A stretch of DNA of 64,000 bases, from NCBI GenBank assembly GCA_050246755.1, contig JBFWVL010000001.1:1472001-1536000 (forward strand), read 5' to 3'. Both the position numbers and the translations under genes were made by a program. Positions within the stretch are counted from its first letter, which is position 1, and every line of letters begins with the position of its first letter. The notes under the pieces are model-generated. The model was not told the origin of the DNA. It did no database searches and was given only the letters and a program-made list of their open reading frames with translations. The DNA comes from Bacteriovoracia bacterium. Its GTDB lineage: Bacteria; Bdellovibrionota; UBA1018; CAIPTA01. Positions 29,475 through 39,445 of the stretch are shown one piece after another.

Positions 29475-30863
29475 TCAGGGGATTAGAAACCTAATTTTCG
29501 CCAACCTTGGGTAAATCGTGTGTTCGCCGTCAATGGTGAAAGTGATGCCGACGTTTGACGCGAAAGATTCCTCATGGATTTTTCCGTGCGCAATGGCATC
29601 GGTAATGATCTCCTTGGCTTTCGCTTTTGCCTCCGCGTCGAATTGAGCGAGCTTATCGAGCTCGGGATATAGCTTTTCATTCATCGTTTTCAGCCAGTAG
29701 GTTCGGGCCAAGCGAGTGAGTCTGTCTTTGGATGCCAGCACGTCTTTTACCAGCGATTTCAAAACGGGCTCACAGCCGGCGGGTCTGCCGCTGCATTCCT
29801 CGCGAACGGTGCGGGTGATGTCGTCTTCTCCGGAAGACGGGAAGAAGGCCCCGGGAAAAAATCTCTGTAGTTCGCTGTACATCCAGGTGGACTTATCCAC
29901 TAGCGTGGGACCCCGTTCCGGAAAAAAGAAACCATCTTTAGAAATTTTGGCCTTTATGGAATGTGGCCCGTATTTCGTTTGCCACTGGTTGTAGCGTTTC
30001 ACGAAGGCCAGGTTGTTTTCTTTGGCGGCGTCTTCGATATATTTTTTGAAATTTGCTTCTTCATTCGACGTGAGATCGGCAGTCATTCTCGCGAACGTAT
30101 TGGCGTCCCCATCGCCGTAAGAAAATCCCAATTTCTTCATGCGTTCCAGAAAAGCAACGGAATCTATCGGCGTGGAATTTATCAGGCTGCTTACGAGGGC
30201 GCGGGTGGCGCGACTGTCTCGTTGTTCCTGCTCGAGCCGCGCCGTATGGTACACCAGCTCATGCAAGAAGAGCACGGCCCCGCTCAGCCGGGAGTGAGAA
30301 GGATGGTTGAAAAGCCGGGAGTCGATTTGCAGCTGGTCTTCGGATCCTGTGCGGTATTGGGTGGCCATGGTGGCCACTACGCAGCGGGAAGCGTCGATGT
30401 ACCCAACGTCGTTCTCGTCGTGCACGCGCTTGAGGCCGGCGGGACGCATGATAATCTTATCATCAGAAAATACCGCGGAGCCATTGCGGATCAGGTTCGC
30501 CGCCGCCGGAATGAAGGGGGCAAATCTCTGCGCAATTTTTTCGGAATAGGCGCGGACGCCCTCATTTGCGCCTATTCCGATGATGGAGGGAGCCATTCGG
30601 TCTAGACCGCGGGGCATTCGGGCCTCATAGAGATCGTAGGCTTCCACGGAAGTGATGATTCCCCCGGTAGTTTCGGCATCTAGGATCTGGCCGAAACGCG
30701 GGCTCTGAGGGTTGCGGATCGCGGCCGGAATAGTCGGATCGGCAAAACAAACCACGGAGTTTTCTCCGCCTCCGCTCTCGGATCCGCCCTCGGCGGCGAA
30801 AGTAGTGGATGCTCCCAGGCTGAGTGCCAGCGCAAATAGGATCAGGTGTTTCGGGTTACTCAT
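29475..30863 (-). CDS. Secreted hypothetical protein (GGxxxGGG after signal peptide; HELVYH motif)
   Basis: Signal peptide MSNPKHLILFALALSLGASTTFA; ATG overlaps the upstream stop (ATGAGTAA). Confidence 0.75.
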   Translation of the reverse strand: MSNPKHLILFALALSLGASTTFAAEGGSESGGGENSVVCFADPTIPAAIRNPQSPRFGQILDAETTGGIITSVEAYDLYEARMPRGLDRMAPSIIGIGANEGVRAYSEKIAQRFAPFIPAAANLIRNGSAVFSDDKIIMRPAGLKRVHDENDVGYIDASRCVVATMATQYRTGSEDQLQIDSRLFNHPSHSRLSGAVLFLHELVYHTARLEQEQRDSRATRALVSSLINSTPIDSVAFLERMKKLGFSYGDGDANTFARMTADLTSNEEANFKKYIEDAAKENNLAFVKRYNQWQTKYGPHSIKAKISKDGFFFPERGPTLVDKSTWMYSELQRFFPGAFFPSSGEDDITRTVREECSGRPAGCEPVLKSLVKDVLASKDRLTRLARTYWLKTMNEKLYPELDKLAQFDAEAKAKAKEIITDAIAHGKIHEESFASNVGITFTIDGEHTIYPRLAKIRFLIP

Positions 30864-31656
30864 GGTCTTTTTCCTCGGTAATGGTTGAATTGGAAAGCGG
30901 GATGAGCTGAACGCCCAGATTGAAAACGTGGGTGCGGTTGCCCTGGTCCAGGAAAGCGCAAAGCTCGCGGCGGAACGTTTTGATGCGCGCTTTCGCTTCC
31001 GGAATGAGGGTGGGATCAACCGCCATCGTCATCGCGGTGATGTCCTTCATTTCTTGGGGCACGAGATCGATCGCGGCCAAAGCCTTCTGCAATAGCTGGC
31101 GCTGCAACTCTTTGAGGGCGGGGCCGGTTTGGCCTTCGGAGTAATTCGTGAGGAAGGCTTCGGTTTTCACGAGGCGCCCCTCTTTTCTTTCGAGTAATTC
31201 CAAACGCTCCAGGCGTTCGAGCGCCACCGAGGCTTCGGTGGCGCTGATACCGAGTTTTTTGGCGATCCATTTCGGGGAATCGCTAAAATTTTTCGTGAAG
31301 GTGAGCTCCAGGATGGCGTAGTGGTACCAGTCGGCCATTACGGCGAAGGCATCGGCGGAAAGCTGGTGAAAAGCCGGAACAGCGGTGGTGCTTTCCGGTT
31401 TCTTTTTCGGCAGGGCCGCAAGCAGCTGCGCTTTGGTGGCGGGCGGCACCGAGAGGCGGTTGCTGATTTTTTCTACGATCTTGGGAGAGATCCGGCGTTT
31501 GCCGGCCAGGATTTGCGATACGGAGGAAGCATCCATATCCAGCAATTTGGCGAAAGAGCGGAGGGAGAAGCGCGGGTTTTTCCGGCTTCGGTCCGTGAAC
31601 TCTTTCTGTAGCCACCACCGGAAATCCAGGGCGTTGTTTACTTGTTGGATGCTCAT
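30856..31656 (-). CDS. TIGR02147/DUF4423 family HTH protein
   Basis: RKNPRFSLRSFAK HTH, DWYHYAILEL, IAKKLG and KTFRREL...FNLGVQL motifs. Confidence 0.88.
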   Translation of the reverse strand: MSIQQVNNALDFRWWLQKEFTDRSRKNPRFSLRSFAKLLDMDASSVSQILAGKRRISPKIVEKISNRLSVPPATKAQLLAALPKKKPESTTAVPAFHQLSADAFAVMADWYHYAILELTFTKNFSDSPKWIAKKLGISATEASVALERLERLELLERKEGRLVKTEAFLTNYSEGQTGPALKELQRQLLQKALAAIDLVPQEMKDITAMTMAVDPTLIPEAKARIKTFRRELCAFLDQGNRTHVFNLGVQLIPLSNSTITEEKDHE

Positions 31657-31714
31657 GTTGCGATGCAATATAGCAACGCATTGCGGCGTAATCAATGGAT
31701 TTTGCCACAAAGTG

Positions 31715-31731
31715 TGGCAAAGTTTATGCCA
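31715..31731. promoter_or_regulatory. Overlapping bidirectional sigma54-type (-24/-12) site
   Basis: Minus strand TGGCATAAACTTTGC and plus strand TGGCAAAGTTTATGC; both are GG-N10-GC. Confidence 0.55.
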
Positions 31732-31819
31732 CACGAAAAACAGTTTCCAATCAATGAGTTATTAAAATTGCTAGGTCTGCTTTAAACTTTTAGGAAGTTC
31801 TAATTTTCGGAGAGTTTCC

Positions 31820-32197
31820 ATGAAACGTGCTCTTTTTTGCTTAGCATTAGCCCTGCTTTTTAGCGCCTGTTCTTCCGCCAAAGTGCGGATCCTTCCCGGC
31901 GCCAACGGCGTGAACAAAGTAGTCTCTTCCGATCATGAAAAAGAAGATGCCGAAGAAGCCGCGATCAAAGAAGCGAATAACTTTTGTGAGAAACAAAAAC
32001 GACGCATGTACGTGGTGAAGGAAAATAAAACCAACTACAACGGCTCGATGAACGAGAATACGCGCAAGGGCGTGCGCAGCGCTTCGCAAACGGCGGCCGT
32101 GCTGGGCGGAGGTATCCTCGGTGACGCCGGGATGGCGGGATACTCCATGACGAGTAATCATGAGTACGAAGCAAAATTCTTTTTTACTTGTCGCTAG
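31820..32197 (+). CDS. Hypothetical lipoprotein
   Basis: Lipobox LFSAC; GGAGA RBS; C...C pattern. Confidence 0.75.
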   Translation: MKRALFCLALALLFSACSSAKVRILPGANGVNKVVSSDHEKEDAEEAAIKEANNFCEKQKRRMYVVKENKTNYNGSMNENTRKGVRSASQTAAVLGGGILGDAGMAGYSMTSNHEYEAKFFFTCR

Positions 32198-33555
32198 GCC
32201 GCGGCTCTTCTCGACTTCACCCAAAGCAGCGTCGCTGCGGAAAGAGTGAGCGCAATCCCCAAACGCAGAAATGCGGTGCCGGCATGCGCTTCAAAGAATT
32301 TACCCGCGTGATAGAGCCAAAGATTCTCCATCGGGGCCAGATTCGAGAAGGGATAAATCAAAATCCGGAATACGAGCGCGATTCCCAGCGTGACCCAGAG
32401 AACGCTGCGTGCCCATTCAGGTAACTCATTCCAACGCCAGGCGATCATCAAGGCGAACGCGGGAAAAGCCAGCGCGAGGTAGCGAGGCCCGATCGCGTGC
32501 CCGCCGTACCAAGCACCTACGCTGCTATTCATCCAGAGCACGCCAAGAAAGCCGCCCAAGAATAAAAAGAGAGACCCGCTGGGCAGCTCTTTCGATTTTG
32601 GAAAAAACAAAAGCGGAATCACCGCGAGTATCCAGGGCTGGGTAAACAGAATTCCGCGTTCCGAACCGAAGAGCAAACCCTTCAGGGCGCCGGGAATCGG
32701 GAAAATTCCCACGGTGCCCCATAAGTTCTCGCTGCCTTCGACGTGCACGAGCTGGGTGGTATTGATAAACTGGGAGGCTACGGCGAAGGGGCTGCCAAAG
32801 GCCACCCAGTGGTACCATATCCAGAGCAGGGCGATGGGCGCAGCGCCGAGCGCAATAGGAAGAATTATTTTCCCGTTTCGTTCCCTCCAAAAAGTGGCGA
32901 GGAGAAAAAACGGAATCACGCAAGCGCCGGCGTAGTCGGTGAGCATGGTGGCCGCGAAGAAAAAAGAAGCCCAGGCGTATCGCCTCTCGAGCCAGGCGAG
33001 CATAGCGGCGAGAAATAAAAGCGCGGCGAGTCCATGGCCGAAGTAACAGTTCATATAAATGGCGGCGGTATTGCCAAAGAACGCGGCGAGCGCAAAGAAG
33101 TGAAGGCCGGAAGAAGACACTCCTCGCTCCTGCAGTTTTCTCCCCGCATAGAGCACGAGGAAGGCAAACGGCAATAACTGCATCAGCAGATTGAAAAGAG
33201 TGAGCTGGAGGTAGCCCGGTTCGGGGGCTCTTCCCTGCGCATCGATTTTTTTATTCGGCAGTCGCGTGGGGTAGTCGAGCAAAGCGAAGGCGGGCAAGCC
33301 GAGCAGGGCGCCGCCCGGCGCTTTATTGGAATAGTAGTGTCCATTCGGCGCGAGGGACCAATCGAAGGTCCAGTCTACGTAGGAGTCTATGGTGAGCACA
33401 TGGCCTTCGGTCATCGCGCGGAGGGCAGCGATGCGGGAGCGGGCATTGGTTCCGCCGAATTGGGTCACGGCCAGCGCGAGTGCGAGGAAAAGCGCGGCCC
33501 AAGGAAGGAGGGGGCTTTCCTGACATATTTTCAGAATGTAGCGCGGCTTTTTCAA
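32194..33555 (-). CDS. Polytopic membrane protein, GT-C glycosyltransferase-like
   Basis: Many TMs; large first loop (DWS...YYSNKAPG); FGSP and GPRYL motifs. Confidence 0.6.
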   Translation of the reverse strand: MKKPRYILKICQESPLLPWAALFLALALAVTQFGGTNARSRIAALRAMTEGHVLTIDSYVDWTFDWSLAPNGHYYSNKAPGGALLGLPAFALLDYPTRLPNKKIDAQGRAPEPGYLQLTLFNLLMQLLPFAFLVLYAGRKLQERGVSSSGLHFFALAAFFGNTAAIYMNCYFGHGLAALLFLAAMLAWLERRYAWASFFFAATMLTDYAGACVIPFFLLATFWRERNGKIILPIALGAAPIALLWIWYHWVAFGSPFAVASQFINTTQLVHVEGSENLWGTVGIFPIPGALKGLLFGSERGILFTQPWILAVIPLLFFPKSKELPSGSLFLFLGGFLGVLWMNSSVGAWYGGHAIGPRYLALAFPAFALMIAWRWNELPEWARSVLWVTLGIALVFRILIYPFSNLAPMENLWLYHAGKFFEAHAGTAFLRLGIALTLSAATLLWVKSRRAAA

Positions 33556-33565
33556 AATTACTTTC

Positions 33566-35254
33566 CTATTCTAAGGGGCAGGCCGGTAGTGGAGAAGCGC
33601 AAGATTCGTTGCGCTCCTTGAGCCGGTGGAGAGTTAGGGTGCGGCAGGAGTATTCGAGCGTATATTTCTCGTTTAGCTCCGCGCTGAGCGTGTTTTCTTC
33701 TGCGCCCGTCATCGGCGCATTGCTCAGGCTGCGCTCCCATAGCACGCAATCCACGGGCTTCCCCCCTTCTGCCGGGAGGATGGGAATATAGTGCACCCAG
33801 CGGCGTGTGGAAAGATGAGGGACGAGAGCGTTACTCGCACCGAGCGAAGCCACAGGATCGATTTTGGGTAAAATTTCTTTTTTCACCCATTCTTGGTGAG
33901 GAGTAGTTTCGTGGAAACGCCAGTGAAACGCTTCGCTGCGTCCGTAAGTAAGCAGCAGCAGCCAGGGCAGCACACATAGAATTTTCTTTTCGTGCGTAAG
34001 CAATTTGGCCGAGGCGAGCGCCGCCACTAGCGCTAGAAAAATGCCTACCGAGGGTTCGATCGCGTAATGAAATCCAAGAGAGAGCCGCTGATCTCCTTGC
34101 GCGAGGAAGAGCATGCAAATGCCGGGAAGCGCCGCCAAGAGCGAGATTGGTGCGAACAGCGGAAGGAGGCCCAACGGCAATAAAATTTTGAAGAGAAACT
34201 TCAGTCGGCTAGGGCCGAAGAGGCGGCCGAAAAATTCCGCGGGATAGAGAAAGGGCGCCGCGGCAAGGGAAGAAATCGAGGAGCCGAAGGGAGCGAAGAT
34301 GTCTCCGTATCCGTAGTTCATCCCCAAAGACTGGGGAACCACTTTAGTGTCAAAATAAAAAAGCGCGGCTCCCAGCGCCACCGCGGCGAATCCCAAAAGC
34401 CTGGTGAAGGTTCGCGCCGGTTGCGGTGCCGCCCCGAGAATCCAGGCCAGCCCGATACCCACGGCCACCGGACCGCCGGATTCTTTCGAGATCATCCCAC
34501 TGAGAAAACAAATCAAACCGAAGATTCGCGTTTCCCAGGATTTTTCCTGCAAACCCCACACGCCGAAGAGAAAAAGCGGCAGTAAAAATACCTCGGGATG
34601 GAAATCAAAAAGATTGGCCGCACGGTTGGGAAAATAAAGCCAGAATGCAAACGGCAATAGCGGAATCAGCGTGCTCGTAGGCGCGAGCCGTTGTTTGCCG
34701 AGAAGATAGAGCGCGACTCCTCCCGCGCTTAAGCCGAACGATTGTAAAAACAGAAGAATGCCCGGCCCGGGGTATAGGCCAAAAATCAAGGAGAGAGGAT
34801 AGATGGTGAAGCTCTGGTGGTCCGTGAAAAGATTGTGACCGCTCTTAAGTGCCGCGAAGGGAATGCCCGTTTGAGAAAGATTCCAGAAAGCGTTCGTAAA
34901 TATGCCAAGGTCGATCGCGCCACTGCGAAAATTCGCGTGTCGGCTCCAGGCCGCGGAAAACCAGAGTGCGCCAAAAAATAACGAAGCGGCCAAAAGCGTG
35001 AGCCTCTCCCTTTTGCGCAGATAGCTTTTCCATTTTTCCCAGGCGCCGAGAACAGCCGCTACCACGAAGCTATTTTCGGCTAACCCGCGGCCCCGCGCCC
35101 ACCAAAGCCAAATCCCGAGCACCACGGCTCCCGGGCCGGGTTGGGTGAGCTCGAGGTGAAGATGAGGGCGATGAATCCAGGCCCCGCCCGTGACGAGCGG
35201 AAAAAATACGAAGAGCAAAAATAAAATATCCCAGGCGAGCGCTTCGCGTTTCAT
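33566..35254 (-). CDS. DUF2079 family membrane protein (GT-C-like)
   Basis: DLGIFTNAFW, DH, FDFHP, KE, FHY and PHLSTR motifs. Confidence 0.78.
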   Translation of the reverse strand: MKREALAWDILFLLFVFFPLVTGGAWIHRPHLHLELTQPGPGAVVLGIWLWWARGRGLAENSFVVAAVLGAWEKWKSYLRKRERLTLLAASLFFGALWFSAAWSRHANFRSGAIDLGIFTNAFWNLSQTGIPFAALKSGHNLFTDHQSFTIYPLSLIFGLYPGPGILLFLQSFGLSAGGVALYLLGKQRLAPTSTLIPLLPFAFWLYFPNRAANLFDFHPEVFLLPLFLFGVWGLQEKSWETRIFGLICFLSGMISKESGGPVAVGIGLAWILGAAPQPARTFTRLLGFAAVALGAALFYFDTKVVPQSLGMNYGYGDIFAPFGSSISSLAAAPFLYPAEFFGRLFGPSRLKFLFKILLPLGLLPLFAPISLLAALPGICMLFLAQGDQRLSLGFHYAIEPSVGIFLALVAALASAKLLTHEKKILCVLPWLLLLTYGRSEAFHWRFHETTPHQEWVKKEILPKIDPVASLGASNALVPHLSTRRWVHYIPILPAEGGKPVDCVLWERSLSNAPMTGAEENTLSAELNEKYTLEYSCRTLTLHRLKERNESCASPLPACPLE

Positions 35255-35354
35255 GGAAGGATTTCACCGAAATCACGCTGGTTTGTCTATAGCATCTTGG
35301 AGAGAGAAGGCTTTTCGTGGCCTGAGCTTCTGTGCTAGCCTCAGGGCCAATCCG

Positions 35355-36149
35355 ATGAGACTTCCAGCGATAGAAGAATGCGAAAACGATTTCCAACGGG
35401 AATACGGCTATGGCGACGATATCCGCCAATTTTTCCACCCGTATCCAAGGAAGCCCGGGCCTTTTTCCTACCACCTCCGCCTGGAGCATGTGCTCGGTGC
35501 TTTCCAGCAATACTTACCCGCGCCGGCAAATGTGGCCGACGTGGCTTGTGCCGCGGGTAATTTCGCGCTCCGTTTAGCCGAGCTGGGCTATGCCGTTACG
35601 GGAGTAGATCTTCTCGAGGATTTTCTCGGCTATGCGCGCAAAAAGCGCACCGAGGGTAAAATAGAATTCGTGCGCGGAAACCTCATGGACTATCGCCACC
35701 CTGCGCCCCTCGATGGCGTTCTCATGGGCGAAGTGATCGAACATGTGGCCTGGCCCGAGAAGCTCATCGCCGCGGCCCACGCAAATCTCCGCCCGGGCGG
35801 AATCTTCGTGGTTACCACCCCGAACGGAAGCTACGGCGGAAATGATTTGCCCACCTTCAAGGACGTTACGAGCGACCGCCAGAAGTTCGAAGAGGCTCAG
35901 TTTCACCATGGCCATCATCTCTTCCTCTACACTCCGGAGGAGCTCGCCGATCTTTTAGAAAAAGGCGGTTTTGAGGTGCTGAAGGTGGAAGTATTTAATT
36001 CCCACCATCTCACCCAGCGTACGGTGCTGCGTTATCTCTTTCCTCTAGGGGCTTTGAAGTTGGCCGACCGGCTTTTTTCTAGGTTGCCTCTTCTCCGTGG
36101 CAGCTCCGCAAACATGATGTACGCCGTGGCCCGGCGCAAAGCGGGGTAA
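35355..36149 (+). CDS. Class I SAM-dependent methyltransferase
   Basis: ADVACAAG, VTGVD, EVIEHV and LRPGG.FVVTTPN motifs; start moved to ATG 35355. Confidence 0.85.
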   Translation: MRLPAIEECENDFQREYGYGDDIRQFFHPYPRKPGPFSYHLRLEHVLGAFQQYLPAPANVADVACAAGNFALRLAELGYAVTGVDLLEDFLGYARKKRTEGKIEFVRGNLMDYRHPAPLDGVLMGEVIEHVAWPEKLIAAAHANLRPGGIFVVTTPNGSYGGNDLPTFKDVTSDRQKFEEAQFHHGHHLFLYTPEELADLLEKGGFEVLKVEVFNSHHLTQRTVLRYLFPLGALKLADRLFSRLPLLRGSSANMMYAVARRKAG

Positions 36150-36231
36150 TTCCTAGTTTTGACGAGGCGCCCCAGGGCACGGAAATAGACGCCAAGCACG
36201 CGCTATGTTACTAAAAAACGTTCTCAGGTGC

Positions 36232-36321
36232 GGAGAGGTGGCCGAGTGGCCGAAGGCGCTCGCTTGGAAAGCGAGTAATGGGTAACACCATTCGCGAGTT
36301 CGAATCTCGCCTTCTCCGCCA
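36232..36321 (+). tRNA. tRNA-Ser(GGA)
   Basis: Acceptor ggagagg/cttctcc; anticodon arm ctcgc-ttGGAaa-gcgag; long variable arm; GTTCGAATC; encoded CCA. Confidence 0.96.
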
Positions 36322-36325
36322 AATT

Positions 36326-36356
36326 AAAAAAGCTCAACCCAAGGTTGGGCTTTTTT
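36326..36356. terminator. Bidirectional intrinsic terminator
   Basis: aaaaaagctcaacc-caa-ggttgggctttttt between the tRNA and a convergent gene. Confidence 0.8.
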
Positions 36357-36390
36357 AGTTTGGGCTCAGGAGTGAACAGCGAGAGAACTG

Positions 36391-37914
36391 CTAGAGGTGT
36401 GGTTCTTCGAGGGGGTAAAGCCGATCGTCACGGGGGCCACTTTTCGTTGCAGGAAATTCCATATCTTGTTTTATGAGTCCCGCATCGTCGAATTTGTAAA
36501 AGCGTCCCGCAAGCTGATTATTCACGAAAGTTCCGGTGGCGGCTAGTTTCCCGCGCGCGCTCCAGTGGCGGAATTTTCCCTGCCGCACGCCTTTTACGAA
36601 GGTATCTTCAAATACCGGCACGCCTTCCTTGCTCCAGGTTTGAATCAGCCCGTCGGGTTCGCCGTTCACGTAGTTTCCCCTAGAGGTGACTTTTCCAGTA
36701 TCGCTCCAGCTAGTGCGACGACCGTGCAATAGGCCATCTACGTAATTTTCATCGAGAACCAAAATGCCGGCTTCGTTCCAGCTGCGGCAAGAACCGTGTT
36801 TCTGCTTGTTTTTGTAGGTACAGGCGGAAGCCAATCGTCCGTTGAAGTGCCAGGTTACTTCTTGGTTGGTTTTTTGATCGCGGCTTTTGAATATGGTCTT
36901 ACTGCTCGCGTCCAGTAGGTAGAGCAATTTACCGGCAACTCCATCCCTGAATTCTTGCCGATAAATTATTTTTCCCGAAGAATCGTACGAGCTGAAAATT
37001 CCATTGATCTTATCATCGCGAAACGGAATTATTTTTAACGGCTTGCCATTTTCGGCCCATTCTCGCAGCACTCCGTTTCTCTTTCCGTTTGCAAATGTTC
37101 CCTCCGAAAGGAGGCTTCCCGTTTCTGACCAATTGCGGGAAAGCCCGTCTTTGAGTCCGGCTCGGTAACGGCCTTCGAAGAGCGGGGTGTTTTTTTCGCT
37201 CCAGGTTTGGCAGAGGCCCTCGCGCAATCCCCCGGAATAGGTGCAGGAGCTCGCGCGTGCGCCATTGGGATGCCAGATTTCTTCCCGCCCAGTAAGGGAG
37301 TCCAGATGGTAAGAGGCGCGGCGAAGCAGGATTGGATTTTTTTCGGAACTCTCTGCCCACTCGAGCGAGACGCCTTCTTTTTTTCCGGCGGAATAGCTGG
37401 TTTCTTCTTTTTTCCCACCGTTCGAATACCATTTCCGGGCAACTCCGTGGAGCTCGCCTTCTCGGTAAAAAAATTCCGCGTCTGGCTGCCCATTGTTATA
37501 CCAACTGCGCCATAAACCGTTTTTCCGCCCGTTACGATAGCTGCCCAGGGTGGCGATATTTCCATTCGGCCACCAGGTTTTCCATTCCCCCTCCGGGAGA
37601 GCGTTGAGGTAGTGGTTTTCCGTTGCCATGGCTCCATTGGAAAACCATGTCTGCCAGGTTCCTGCGCGGGATCCCAACCTGAATTCTATCCTTGATTGTA
37701 GTCTTCCCGGGGATGCGAACGTTATCCAGGTGCCGTGCGGACGAAAATTTTTCCACTCCGCTTCTTTTAGCGTTTGGCCCCAGATATTTTTTTGTATGAC
37801 GCGGAAATGGCCGATTCTCACTATGGAAACGCGGAAAAAATAGAATGGGAGAACTAAAGCAACTATGAGAACGTAAAGAAAAGTTTGGCGCCGCCAAAAT
37901 GCGGGTATTTTCAT
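36391..37914 (-). CDS. Membrane-anchored MORN-variant repeat protein (YwqK-like repeats), copy 1
   Basis: N-terminal TM then ~24-aa repeats of the type G.W..W..NG....EG.Y..G. Confidence 0.85.
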   Translation of the reverse strand: MKIPAFWRRQTFLYVLIVALVLPFYFFRVSIVRIGHFRVIQKNIWGQTLKEAEWKNFRPHGTWITFASPGRLQSRIEFRLGSRAGTWQTWFSNGAMATENHYLNALPEGEWKTWWPNGNIATLGSYRNGRKNGLWRSWYNNGQPDAEFFYREGELHGVARKWYSNGGKKEETSYSAGKKEGVSLEWAESSEKNPILLRRASYHLDSLTGREEIWHPNGARASSCTYSGGLREGLCQTWSEKNTPLFEGRYRAGLKDGLSRNWSETGSLLSEGTFANGKRNGVLREWAENGKPLKIIPFRDDKINGIFSSYDSSGKIIYRQEFRDGVAGKLLYLLDASSKTIFKSRDQKTNQEVTWHFNGRLASACTYKNKQKHGSCRSWNEAGILVLDENYVDGLLHGRRTSWSDTGKVTSRGNYVNGEPDGLIQTWSKEGVPVFEDTFVKGVRQGKFRHWSARGKLAATGTFVNNQLAGRFYKFDDAGLIKQDMEFPATKSGPRDDRLYPLEEPHL

Positions 37915-37942
37915 TTAGGTTAATTTATGCCGAGGCCGTGGA

Positions 37943-39445
37943 TTGAGCAAGGAGAAGGCATTGTATTCCAGGTATAAGCAAGATATCGGTGCGATCGACT
38001 GGCCTAGAATATTTCTGCTCGCCAGTTTTTTCCTTCTGCTATTCGTGAACGGCCGTACTTTCTCCCTCTGGTACTACGGCGAAGATTATCTTTGGCTTTT
38101 TTATACTTCGAATATCAGCTTCTCCGAAGCGCTGCGGCCGGTAGCGGGCACGTTCTACCGGCCTTTATCCACGAATCTTCCCTTTTACGTTTTCAGCCGA
38201 ATGGAGCAGGGAAGGTTTATTTGGAAATGCCTCTCTTTCGTTTGCATGGGCGCTTCATGCTACTGGTTTTGGTCCTGGACGAAAAACGTTTCGCGAAATG
38301 GGTGGGTGGCGCTGCTCTTGACGGTAGCTTGGATGTTCAATCCGGCGCAGTCTTACGGAATACATTACTTGGTGTCTTTCAACTATGTTTTGGCGCCGAC
38401 GCTGATGATTGGCATTTTCTTTTTTTTACAAAGGAAGAGCTTTTGGCGAGCCATCCTCTGTCTTTTTTTGGGCTTGCTGACGAAGGAATTTTTCCTTGCC
38501 GCGCCCCTGGTCTTCGTTTTGTGGCGTTCGAGGTATTCTATTCCCTCAAAGTTTCTATTTTTTTCGGCGGCCCTATGCGCGATCTCGCTTTTGTTTCGGG
38601 GAGGAATCTCGCTTGGGCAAAAACGAATGGGAAACTATTTGTTTCTCTCCGATGTATCGGGAATAGCCGATCATTTCCGCTACCTGGCTGGCAAGATGTT
38701 CCTGGGTGATACGGGATTTCCCAACGTCGACGCCTGGTATGTGTACGGCTGGGCGATCCCGGCGGTATTCGTGGCGGTAGCCCTACTATCGGAGAGGGGC
38801 CGGCGGGAAATGGGCGGGGTATGGCTTCATCTCGTGGCCCTCGTCGTATTTTTTGTGCCGGTCGCCTTGGTGCAGGGACTGCTTTCGGAAGATCTAGGAC
38901 CATTTTATTGGATATTCATATTCGGTGCCGCAGCGGAGGCATGGGGCGCGATTCCTTGGCGCATTCCGGCGGTTTCTCTGCCCGCGATCGCGGGATGCCT
39001 TGGTTTTTGCACCTACGCGGTTTTCGCCGACGATTTTCGCGTTCGTTATATAGAATTGGAGAAAAAATATTTTCAGATCATGCAGCGAACGATTCCTCTG
39101 CTCTCGGTATGCGGAGAGTTCGATCAAATCGTGACTTCCGGCCTGGAGGATATCCTCAAGTCGGAGCTCTACGCCGAGTTCGCGGTTCGCGGCTTGCAGC
39201 ACTACCAGCCTGGCACCAGATTCTACCTTCTGAAGTCGGGCAAAGAGCTTTGGCTTAAAGGCGTGGAGAAAAATTCTATTCTTTGGGTGGACGATCAGCA
39301 GGCTGCGGGTCATCCGTTTTTGGCTTTTTCATTGGATGAAGAGGAGGCGATTCGCGTTTCGTGGAAGGGCGGCGCGCGTTGCCGCACGAGCGTAGAGCAG
39401 TTTCGCTATAGGGGACCAAACTTTTCCGTGGGAAATTTATACTGA
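37943..39445 (+). CDS. Polytopic membrane protein, GT-C-like, copy 1
   Basis: TM1 followed by WYYGEDYLW...FYRPL; later TKE motif; ~11 TMs and a soluble C-terminal domain. Confidence 0.7.
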   Translation: MSKEKALYSRYKQDIGAIDWPRIFLLASFFLLLFVNGRTFSLWYYGEDYLWLFYTSNISFSEALRPVAGTFYRPLSTNLPFYVFSRMEQGRFIWKCLSFVCMGASCYWFWSWTKNVSRNGWVALLLTVAWMFNPAQSYGIHYLVSFNYVLAPTLMIGIFFFLQRKSFWRAILCLFLGLLTKEFFLAAPLVFVLWRSRYSIPSKFLFFSAALCAISLLFRGGISLGQKRMGNYLFLSDVSGIADHFRYLAGKMFLGDTGFPNVDAWYVYGWAIPAVFVAVALLSERGRREMGGVWLHLVALVVFFVPVALVQGLLSEDLGPFYWIFIFGAAAEAWGAIPWRIPAVSLPAIAGCLGFCTYAVFADDFRVRYIELEKKYFQIMQRTIPLLSVCGEFDQIVTSGLEDILKSELYAEFAVRGLQHYQPGTRFYLLKSGKELWLKGVEKNSILWVDDQQAAGHPFLAFSLDEEEAIRVSWKGGARCRTSVEQFRYRGPNFSVGNLY

